This document shows positions 17,575-24,598 of a DNA stretch of 24,598 nucleotides, one piece after another (position 1 is the stretch's first letter; each line of letters opens with the position of its first letter). A model generated the notes under the pieces. The model saw nothing but the letters and a program-made list of their open reading frames with translations. It was not told the origin of the DNA and searched no databases. The stretch spans positions 1 through 24,598 of the forward strand of contig JBDKUT010000133.1 in the NCBI GenBank assembly GCA_039679545.1. The letters are read 5' to 3'. Origin of the DNA: Thermotogota bacterium (GTDB lineage: Bacteria > Bipolaricaulota > Bipolaricaulia > UBA7950 > UBA9294). A program made the position numbers and the translations under genes.

Positions 17575-18276
17575 CTAGCTCATCCCCACGAGAGCCTCGT
17601 CCGCAACCAGTCGTCCGGCGACGATCCTGACCACACGGTCCGCCATCCGCAGCAACGCGCCATCTTCATGGGTCACCACAAGAGCGGTGGCCCCTAGGTC
17701 ACGGCGGACGGCCTGAACTAGCTCGGCGACCTCGATCTTCGACTCCGGGTCCAGGTTCGCCGTTGGTTCGTCGAGAAGGAGGAGAGAGGCATGTTGGGCG
17801 AGGGCGCGTGCCAGGAGAACCTTGCGCTGCTGGCCCCCAGAGAGTCGCCCTACCGGGCGTCCGCCCAAATCACTGATACCGATTGCCACCAGAGCGGACC
17901 TCGCTGCGGAGCGATCGCCCGCAGTCGGCCAGCGCAACCGGCTCGAAAGCCCGAAACGAGCGGCAAGGACGACGTCCGACACAAGGAATGGGGTGTCGGA
18001 GGGAAACATCGCGTCCTGTGGGACATACCCGATTCGGGCCCTCAGTCGGTGGCTTCGACGCGACACGGGCTGCCCGTGAACTTCAACGGCTCCTAAGACG
18101 AACGGCAGCAGGCCGCTCACAACCTCGAGGAGTGTGGTCTTTCCGGCGCCGTTGGGACCGACAACTCCAACCTGCTCTCCCGCTCGAACCTCGAGCGAAA
18201 CGTCGTGAAGCGCTGCGTGCCGTTCTCCTTCGTAAGACGCGGAGACACGACGCAGCGAGACTACGCAATCGTCCAC
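17575..18276 (-). CDS. Metal ABC transporter ATPase (ZnuC-like)
   Basis: GPNGAGKTT, YVPQ, LSGGQ, LLLLDEPT, VVTH. Start set at GTG 18276, overlapping the fmdE end, rather than 18495. Confidence 0.9.
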   Translation of the reverse strand: MDDCVVSLRRVSASYEGERHAALHDVSLEVRAGEQVGVVGPNGAGKTTLLEVVSGLLPFVLGAVEVHGQPVSRRSHRLRARIGYVPQDAMFPSDTPFLVSDVVLAARFGLSSRLRWPTAGDRSAARSALVAIGISDLGGRPVGRLSGGQQRKVLLARALAQHASLLLLDEPTANLDPESKIEVAELVQAVRRDLGATALVVTHEDGALLRMADRVVRIVAGRLVADEALVGMS

Positions 18277-18692
18277 TCGAACAGCTCCTCGGAAGGGCGG
18301 TGTCGCAGCGTCGTGCCGAACTCGTCGACCTGGCCGCCGCGGATCTCGGCGAGGATCTCGCGCCGAAGCTCGATCGTGGCAGACCTGCCACTCTCTGTCG
18401 TGAATCGCACACACGGGCGAGTACGCGCGGCGACGATGAGGTTCCCCTTCCCCGTTGTACAGCCGGCACCAATCTGTATGCCGTCGTTCAGGCAAGACAG
18501 CGGGGGAGTCCAGCCAGCTTCGGAATGTGCTTCAAGACCGAAGTAACCGGGGTGCTCGAGCAGTTCGAGAGCCAGGAGCCCCATGCGAATCCCGACCACG
18601 AGGAACGGCCCAAAGTGGCCGTGGAGCAGGGCACCCCGCTCCACGGTCGCATCGATGTCGATCGATCGCGGATCGATCGTGAGGCACTTCAA
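18261..18692 (-). CDS. FmdE/FwdE-family protein
   Basis: HGHFGPFLVVGIRMG, CLNDGIQ...GCTTGKGNL. Confidence 0.88.
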   Translation of the reverse strand: MKCLTIDPRSIDIDATVERGALLHGHFGPFLVVGIRMGLLALELLEHPGYFGLEAHSEAGWTPPLSCLNDGIQIGAGCTTGKGNLIVAARTRPCVRFTTESGRSATIELRREILAEIRGGQVDEFGTTLRHRPSEELFEWTIA

Positions 18693-19504
18693 GGCGTTCC
18701 TCCCACCGGGAGCTGAAGGGCTGCAAAGAGCGCCGAGGCATTGGCCGCCAGGAGCTCCGGCACGGTCGCCGTATTCGGCATGGCGCCCGGGAAATTGGAG
18801 AGAACGACGTGCACGGCCGCGACCTCGTGCGCCAGCTTCGCTCCGAAGTCCAGGCCGGATTGGAGGTTGTCAATGACCATCTGGGCGCCTGCCTCACGCC
18901 CTGTCGCAGTAAGCGAGACGAGATCCGAGAGTGAAAGGGTTTCCGGCTTCCCGTAGGTCGCGACAACGTGGAAGCCAAGCCAAGTAACGAAGCTCTCCTG
19001 CCACGCCATGCACACCACGGGGACAGATCCGGCGGCATGTGCTGAGGCCTGCGCATGAAGATCGCTTGCGAGCGCTTCCAGTTGAGCGATGTACGCGGCG
19101 GCGTTTGACGCTAGTTTCTCCCTCTGATCGGGAAGGAGATCCTCGAGCGCTGTCTCCACCGCCTGAACCTTAGCGATCGCAGCGTCGGGGGTGTTCCACG
19201 TGCCGGGCAGTTGGATGACCTTTGCGGTGCTTGCCGTGGCCGTGGCGAGCGTGCCAATCCATGACTCGAAGCCGGAGTAGAAGATGATCGAGGCTCCTAC
19301 TACAGCGCGAACATCACTAGGAGCGAGGTCGTAGTGGTCGGGGCAGAAGCCGGATGGGATGATGGTGATCACATTCACCAGGTCGCCTCCGACGACGCGT
19401 GCGAACTCGCCGTACACAGCATGGGTGGCAACGACAGTCGGGACTGCCCCGGTGACGAGCGAGAGAGCTGTGACGATGATGAGTGCCGTGACGATCCGTT
19501 TCAT
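18689..19504 (-). CDS. Metal ABC transporter substrate-binding protein (ZnuA/TroA-like)
   Basis: Signal peptide, VVAT, VGGD.V.V..IIP.G..P.HYDL.PSD, GFESW, NAAAY...L..L. Confidence 0.85.
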   Translation of the reverse strand: MKRIVTALIIVTALSLVTGAVPTVVATHAVYGEFARVVGGDLVNVITIIPSGFCPDHYDLAPSDVRAVVGASIIFYSGFESWIGTLATATASTAKVIQLPGTWNTPDAAIAKVQAVETALEDLLPDQREKLASNAAAYIAQLEALASDLHAQASAHAAGSVPVVCMAWQESFVTWLGFHVVATYGKPETLSLSDLVSLTATGREAGAQMVIDNLQSGLDFGAKLAHEVAAVHVVLSNFPGAMPNTATVPELLAANASALFAALQLPVGGTP

Positions 19505-19518
19505 GATGGGTCTCCTTT

Positions 19519-19932
19519 CTAGCGAAGCTTCTTTCCAGTGGAGGTGGCCGTGAGCGCACCGTGCTTGACGCCCTTGAGACTGGTCATTTGGTCTGCCAGC
19601 TTCTGGATCGCTTGGGCCTCGCCCTTCACGGCGACGAACTCAAGGCAGTTGTCGGCGTCGACGTGAACGTGCGTTGCAGAGATAACCTCCGCAAGTGCGT
19701 GGTGCTGTATCTCAGTCAGTGCTTCGGAGACGCCATGCCGATGATGGTCGTACAGGAGCGTGATGACTCCGGCCACCTCGTCGTCCCGCTCCCACTCCTG
19801 TCGCACCAACTGGGAGCGCATCGCGTCCCGTAGGGCTTCGGAGCGGTTCGTGTAGCCCCGTGCATGAGCTAGCGCAGCGAACGCATCAACCAGCTCCTTG
19901 TCGATCGATACGCTGAACCGAACGAGTGGCAT
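19519..19932 (-). CDS. nikR: Nickel-responsive regulator NikR
   Basis: RFSVSI, YTNRSEALRD, YDHH, HVHVDADNCLE (HxH...C Ni site), KGVKHG. Confidence 0.95.
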   Translation of the reverse strand: MPLVRFSVSIDKELVDAFAALAHARGYTNRSEALRDAMRSQLVRQEWERDDEVAGVITLLYDHHRHGVSEALTEIQHHALAEVISATHVHVDADNCLEFVAVKGEAQAIQKLADQMTSLKGVKHGALTATSTGKKLR

Positions 19933-19936
19933 GCCA

Positions 19937-19963
19937 GTGCTACCTCCTATAGATTCGTAACAC
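19937..19963. promoter_or_regulatory. NikR-type operator
   Basis: Minus strand GTGTTAC-N13-GTAGCAC, one mismatch from the palindrome GTGTTAC-N13-GTAACAC; overlaps the nikR SD. Confidence 0.8.
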
Positions 19964-19967
19964 TCCT

Positions 19968-19997
19968 ATTTTACCCACACTGGCCCCCCGTGCGCAA
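19968..19997 (-). promoter_or_regulatory. sigma70-type promoter of the nikR operon
   Basis: TTGCGC-18bp-TAAAAT directly upstream of the operator. Confidence 0.55.
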
Positions 19998-20417
19998 GGG
20001 ACGAAGCAGCCAAGATACGCGCTACCTGGTGTTCATCCTCAGCCCCTGTAGGCGCCAACACCTAGGCCACGGTGCTTGAGTTATGCCGCTGCTGCGGCCA
20101 CGGGTGAGATACAGCGGCTCCGCGTGCTGCTCGTGTCGGCCGAACTGCTTGTGTACGCCTAGCTGCCCAACCGACTCGGTACGCCCACAGCCGCGCACCG
20201 GTCATGTGCGTACTCCAGTCAGTTCACCGGGTTCCAGTTCTAGAGGTCGAACCGCGTACCTGGTCCGACGCGCCCATGAAGCTTGTGCCGCCCCGTGAGC
20301 CGAACAAGGTGAGAACCGAGATCGGAACCGTTTGATCCCTCTCTGTCATCGGAGAAGATGCGGGGCTCTGAGTTTGAGAGTTGTTCCGCAGGGTAACCGG
20401 GGTTACGGGCCCCGCGG

Positions 20418-20472
20418 GCGCCCTCAGGAGACGAAGCCAGGTCGTCGACCTGGTTTCGTCTCCTCCGGGCGC
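20418..20472. repeat. Long inverted repeat
   Basis: AGGAGACGAAGCCAGGTC-gtc-GACCTGGTTTCGTCTCCT (17/18 Watson-Crick) plus outer GCGCCC/GGGCGC. Confidence 0.85.
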
Positions 20473-20550
20473 TTGTGGACTGGAGTCCGGCGAACTCCCT
20501 GAGTTGGTCAGCCCAACGTCATGCGGACTCGCTCGTGTTGCGATGGTCGG

Positions 20551-21270
20551 CTACAGGTAGTTCGCGATCTCAGCCTTCACGGCCTCTGTGAGGTCCATGC
20601 TCGCGGAGGGGCCGGGGTAGAGAACAACGCCATTCTGCTGCAGAACGAGGTCGAGGCCCTTTGCTGTCGCGATCTTCACCGCCGCCTGCTGGATCTTCAG
20701 CGTCAACACCTGATTCGCCAGCTTTTCAAGCTGGGAGTAGCCGGCCTGCGTCTGCGACAACCGCATCTGGAACTCGCTCGTGCTCATCACACCGCGCTTC
20801 ACCATCGACGAGAGGTTCCGGGCGTCATCGACGAGCGGCTGGGCTTGTTGACGCACCTGTTGGAGCGAAGACCGCACGTCGGAGAACGCCGACGAGGCGA
20901 TCATGCGGTCGAGGAGGGTCGCGTACACCGAGATGTTCACCTCGACCAATTCGGCGCTGAGTACGCTGGCCTGCTTCTGGAACTGGTCTTCTTTCACGGT
21001 CCCCGTGCTGTAAGCGACCTGCAGGTCGGTGATCTCCTTGGCCTTGGCGGCACTGCGCTCGCGCAGATCGCTGACCGCGTTCAGGAAGACCGTTCCGGCA
21101 GAGTCGACGTTGACGAAGCCCACCTTGAACCCAGTCGGACTGCCTTTTGCGGCGGGTGCTTGAGGTGCGTTCTCCCCCTTGGAAGGAACGACGAATGGCA
21201 CCACGAGCGCCGCCGCCGCGAGAACCAAGGCGACACAGGCGAGCACGATGAACAGGGTGTTGCGCGACAT
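20551..21270 (-). CDS. OmpH/Skp-like periplasmic chaperone
   Basis: N-terminal hydrophobic helix, KVGFVNV, long coiled coil, IA..KGLDLVL...VLY....DLT.AV; AAGGAGG SD before ATG 21270. Confidence 0.78.
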   Translation of the reverse strand: MSRNTLFIVLACVALVLAAAALVVPFVVPSKGENAPQAPAAKGSPTGFKVGFVNVDSAGTVFLNAVSDLRERSAAKAKEITDLQVAYSTGTVKEDQFQKQASVLSAELVEVNISVYATLLDRMIASSAFSDVRSSLQQVRQQAQPLVDDARNLSSMVKRGVMSTSEFQMRLSQTQAGYSQLEKLANQVLTLKIQQAAVKIATAKGLDLVLQQNGVVLYPGPSASMDLTEAVKAEIANYL

Positions 21271-21452
21271 GGACTCCTCCTTACTCACAAAGAGCTTCGA
21301 TTATGCCGCGGTCGAAGAGGCTCTGCATAGGCTCCGCGATCGAACGAGCGGAGGCGGCCGGCCGCCTCGATCGATCTCCTGCCCCAGGAAACGGCAGGCT
21401 CTTCGCGGATGGGCCTCTCCCGGCAGGTCCGCCGTGGCGAGGTCGATCCGGT

Positions 21453-21872
21453 TCACGTGGGCAGAGTGAGAGGCTTCTGCATGAAGGCGCGCCACTGCCC
21501 TTCGGGGAAATTCTCGAGTCGACCAAACTCGCTGTACCCGTGAGCCACATAGAATTCTCTCGCCTGCCACGTAAAAGTGTCGAGGTAGGCGGCCTTGGCT
21601 CCGAGGCGCAGGCTCTCTGCCTCCGCCTGGTTGAGCAGGGCCGTGCCGATGCCGCGGCCGCGGTGAGACTCCGCGACCCAGAGCACGTCGATGGCGAGCC
21701 AACCGAGGAACACCGTTCCGATGAACCCGCCTACGAGCGCACCGGACTCGTCCCGCGCGACGAGACACACAGGCGAGTACGCGATCTCCCCGATCGCGTC
21801 GTGATTGAATAACCGCAGGTTGTCGCCGACCGCCTCAATGTCTTCATCTGTCGCTTGTGAGATCTCGATCAT
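21453..21872 (-). CDS. GNAT acetyltransferase
   Basis: LWVAESHRGRGIG, LDTFTWQA..FY...GY. Confidence 0.92.
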   Translation of the reverse strand: MIEISQATDEDIEAVGDNLRLFNHDAIGEIAYSPVCLVARDESGALVGGFIGTVFLGWLAIDVLWVAESHRGRGIGTALLNQAEAESLRLGAKAAYLDTFTWQAREFYVAHGYSEFGRLENFPEGQWRAFMQKPLTLPT

Positions 21873-22072
21873 GGCGTTTCTGGTTCCCGTTTCGTCCGTG
21901 AGGGGCGCTTCGATCCTGCGGATCAGTGTACCGAACCTCGTGCTCGATTCCAGTGAGATAGACGGCGCGGCCGTCGTGGCCGTCCGGCAGTTGAGCGAAG
22001 CGTTGTTCCGACTCGGCGGTCGGAGTACAGTGCTGTCGGCTTCGCGGGGTGAAGCGTACTAGGAGGGCAAGG

Positions 22073-22924
22073 ATGCCGAAACGCGCGGGAGTGGCTTTCG
22101 CCCTCGTCCTGCTTGCGGGGATTGGGCTTTACGGGCAAGACTGCTCGACGCAATCGTACTTGGTCACGCGTGGAACCGCGGAAGCGGCCCAAGGCGCCAT
22201 CGTGCAGACAATCGACGGCGCCACGCGCTCTCTGGACGTTGCCGTGTCCAGCTTCGCAGACGGCGCGATCGGCGACGCGGTGGTTCGAGCTGGCCAGCGT
22301 GGGGTCTCGGTGCGCGTGATTCTCTCGGTGTCCGTTCGAACGGAGGTCAGCGGGCAGTACGCGAAGCTGGTGGCTGCAGGTGTGCCACTGAAGCTTGTGC
22401 CCGCGTCGACACCGTTCTCGTATCGCTTCGCCGTGATCGACAGAGCGACCGTTGTTGGGGGAAGCTACGAGTGGGCAAGAGGCACGGACCAAGCGACGTA
22501 TGGGACTCTTACGGTGATCCGGTGCGGGTCCGTAACCTCTGGGCGTTCCAAGGCCGAGGAATACGCCGCGGACTTCTCTCGGCTCTGGGACTCGCTCCCC
22601 GGCGTACAGGCGGCGATCAAGCCGGCCGGGGCGGCGCCGATTTCGATGCTGGTCGCCATCCAGGAGGTCGATACCGACCAGCAGTGCGTTCTCCTGTTCA
22701 ATCGAGACACGGCCGCCGCAGATCTCAGCGGTTGGATCGTCACCGATTCCGAAGGGCGGTATGTGTTCCCGCAAGGGTTCGAGCTCGCTCCCGGCGAGCT
22801 GTATCACCTGTGCATCGGTGAGCTCAACCCGGTTGACGTCTTTCTCTTCTACCTCGATCCTGAGCACGACGAGCTCTACCTGATTGCGCCCGACGGAACG
22901 CTCGTCGACCAGATCGTGTGGTAG
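22073..22924 (+). CDS. Secreted PLD/Nuc-fold protein with degenerate HKD motif and C-terminal lamin-tail-like domain
   Basis: AGGAGG SD, signal peptide, IDGATRSLDVA, A.QRGVSVRVI, SYRFAVID...GSYEW, and LFN....DLSGW.VTD....YVFP....LAPGE. Confidence 0.8.
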   Translation: MPKRAGVAFALVLLAGIGLYGQDCSTQSYLVTRGTAEAAQGAIVQTIDGATRSLDVAVSSFADGAIGDAVVRAGQRGVSVRVILSVSVRTEVSGQYAKLVAAGVPLKLVPASTPFSYRFAVIDRATVVGGSYEWARGTDQATYGTLTVIRCGSVTSGRSKAEEYAADFSRLWDSLPGVQAAIKPAGAAPISMLVAIQEVDTDQQCVLLFNRDTAAADLSGWIVTDSEGRYVFPQGFELAPGELYHLCIGELNPVDVFLFYLDPEHDELYLIAPDGTLVDQIVW

Positions 22925-23022
22925 CCGCGCGCAACGCTTCCCGAAAATGCGCGAGAACCCTTCTTGCCGTCGCAACACGTTGAATTCCGGCATCGTCGTG
23001 CTTCGTGCCACGTAGCGCAGGG

Positions 23023-23052
23023 TTGACTTCCAGGCAGCAAAGCGGGTAGCCT
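23023..23052 (+). promoter_or_regulatory. sigma70-type promoter upstream of the riboswitch
   Basis: TTGACT-18bp-TAGCCT; the predicted start falls a few nt before P1. Confidence 0.55.
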
Positions 23053-23064
23053 ACCAAAGTTCAA

Positions 23065-23147
23065 GGTGCTCGAAAACGCAAAACCGCCGGAAGGCGGTGA
23101 CGCAAAGCCACGGGGCCTGAGGAGGTTAGCCGAGCTGCCGAAGCGCC
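23065..23147 (+). ncRNA. c-di-GMP-I (GEMM-I)-fold riboswitch aptamer, variant
   Basis: P1 GGTGCTCG/CGAAGCGCC; GCAAA-ACCGCC-GGAA-GGCGGT-GACGCAAAGCC; P3 CGGGGCCT...AGGTTAGCCG; 3' GCTGCCGA. Confidence 0.88.
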
Positions 23148-23203
23148 AAGTCTGGTGTGGAGAGGCGCGACAACATGCAAGGACAGTGTGGCTACGCTGT
23201 GAT

Positions 23204-23232
23204 GCGGTCCGTTCGCGGGCCGTTTTTTCTTT
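23204..23232 (+). terminator. Intrinsic terminator, probable riboswitch expression platform
   Basis: GCGGTCCG-TTCG-CGGGCCGT followed by TTTTTCTTT. Confidence 0.75.
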
Positions 23233-23467
23233 GGGACTGCCCATAGGAACAAGGAGGATGGGAGTTCGGTAGAGCGACACAACCCGACCTGAGAGACAAG
23301 ACGAAGGGAGCCTAGCGATTCGCCCAAGTTGTCCCGTGCCCACGGAACCGCTCTGCTCCTCTCTAGTGCTCCCTCGCCTTTCCTCTTAGTCTAGCCGAGC
23401 TTCTTGGTGCAGTCAGGGGACCGCCGCGGCGGCGAGCGGGGACAGAGGTTCGTGGGCGGAGGGGTGG

Positions 23468-24598
23468 ATGGCTAGGGAGACGCGGAGTGTGAGACAAAGC
23501 GGCGCGGGGGCAGTCGAGCCCGCACGGGGAAAACCCCAGCCGGGCGAACGCTGTCGGCTGGTGTTCCTGGCAATCGCTGCGATGATCTTCGTCGTGGCCA
23601 ACTGGACGGCGTTTGGCGGAGTCCTATCGGGGCAGTTCGGACTGGAAGTTGGGGTTCGCAGGATCCCCTCTACGCTGACCGGCGACATCGTGCTCGATAC
23701 CCCTACGGAGTACGCCGAACTCGAATTCGCCATGGCCTCCGACCTCAACGTGAGGGTCGACGGCGGCTTCGCCAACATGCTCATCGATGCGGTCGTCAAC
23801 ATGGCTGGGCCGGAGCACGCGGTCTTGATGGGCGATCTTCCCATCGAAGACCTGACGCTTTACGGATTCGTAATCGACAAGCTGCGCTTCGTACCTGAGG
23901 TGTGGTTCGCCATTCCCTTCGGATCCGTCACCGACGTCAACAACCTCGCGAACTCAACCGTGATCCCGCCCGGCGGCGCGCTCTTCGTGACGGGTCGTGT
24001 CTCGACGACGTGCACGATCGGCGGGTTCACCGTGAAGCACGTGGCGATGCTCCAGGACGTCAATTTCCCGAAGCCGAGCGAGACGTATACCCCGCCAAAC
24101 ACGTACCAGGCCTCGGACCAAGACTTCGCCCTGGGTAGCCTTCTCTACGTCTCGTGGCGGTCGCAGTTTGGGTATTCCGCGCGCGCAACGCTCGGCGTGA
24201 ACGCCAGCCAAGCGAGCACGAGCGTCAAGGGATACTCGGCGGTCGGCACCGTGGATCCGGGCAACTGGTTCGCTTCCGGTTCCATCAGCGGAATCGACCT
24301 GGACGTCCTCGCGGGAGCGTCCGGCTGGCTGACCGACGCGCAGATCGGGGCCGGATTCGTGGTCTCGACGACGCAGACGATGTCCGGCTCCGTCGACTTC
24401 TCGGCGCGCCTCCCGGGAGGGATGGGCGTCGGCGCGTCCCTCGGGCTGTTCGCCAACGCCGGTTCGTTCAGCGGGATCAGCGTTTCGGGAGGAGTCGGCT
24501 GCTTCCACTTCGCCGCGATACTCGATCAGTTGGAACTTACGTCGTTGTCTGCGCGCTTCAACCAGTCCCTCAACCTCGGCGTGATGAAGGGCGCGTTC
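23468..24598 (+). CDS. Large exported beta-strand-rich hypothetical protein (3' end outside window)
   Basis: Absent from the ORF track because there is no stop in the window. GGAGG SD + ATG 23468, open for 377 codons: MARETRS...LVFLAIAAMIFVVANWTAFG/GVLSGQFGLEV...; alternating amphipathic strands. Confidence 0.8.
   Translation, partial: MARETRSVRQSGAGAVEPARGKPQPGERCRLVFLAIAAMIFVVANWTAFGGVLSGQFGLEVGVRRIPSTLTGDIVLDTPTEYAELEFAMASDLNVRVDGGFANMLIDAVVNMAGPEHAVLMGDLPIEDLTLYGFVIDKLRFVPEVWFAIPFGSVTDVNNLANSTVIPPGGALFVTGRVSTTCTIGGFTVKHVAMLQDVNFPKPSETYTPPNTYQASDQDFALGSLLYVSWRSQFGYSARATLGVNASQASTSVKGYSAVGTVDPGNWFASGSISGIDLDVLAGASGWLTDAQIGAGFVVSTTQTMSGSVDFSARLPGGMGVGASLGLFANAGSFSGISVSGGVGCFHFAAILDQLELTSLSARFNQSLNLGVMKGAF

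Noticed and set aside
18277..18495. N-terminal extension of the ABC ATPase
   Set aside because: It overlaps fmdE in another frame and is Arg-rich and non-protein-like; GTG 18276 is preferred.
20000..20300. Possible remnant of a membrane-protein gene (VLLVSAELLVYA*LPNRL) or an ncRNA
   Set aside because: Too fragmentary to assign without a search; no tmRNA, RNase P or SRP hallmarks seen.
20462..20471. CCTCCGGGCG as attR matching the tRNA-Arg 3' end
   Set aside because: Only 10 bp in GC-rich DNA, part of a hairpin arm, and no integrase nearby.
21923..23011. 362-aa minus-strand ORF
   Set aside because: Shadow of the PLD-like gene, which has the SD, signal peptide and motifs.

Overview
GC-rich bacterial chromosomal window from a probable diderm anaerobe. 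The gene style is reminiscent of Ca. Bipolaricaulota/Acetothermia, but that is an unverified inference. Left to right: a minus-strand run gyrB - small beta-barrel-like protein - SAM methyltransferase - murE (truncated by the window edge); an AOR-family aldehyde:ferredoxin oxidoreductase; a divergent four-gene exported operon with the architecture of a non-classical chaperone-usher pilus; folE; a ThiI-like PP-loop enzyme; degP/htrA; and five tRNAs (Pro-CGG, Gly-TCC, Arg-TCT, His-GTG, Arg-TCG). These are followed by a tandem array of structured 137-160 bp repeats that each carry the tRNA-Arg 3' end; a decayed methyltransferase; a nikR-SBP-fmdE-ATPase-permease metal-uptake operon with a NikR-type operator; OmpH-like, GNAT and apparently inactive PLD+lamin-tail genes; and a c-di-GMP-I (GEMM-I)-fold riboswitch with promoter and terminator ahead of a large exported protein. 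The best leads are the riboswitch's non-canonical C at the specificity position equivalent to G20, the tRNA-linked repeat array, the pilus-like operon and the NikR operon with atypical metal ligands. All calls were made by eye from motifs; no searches were run.
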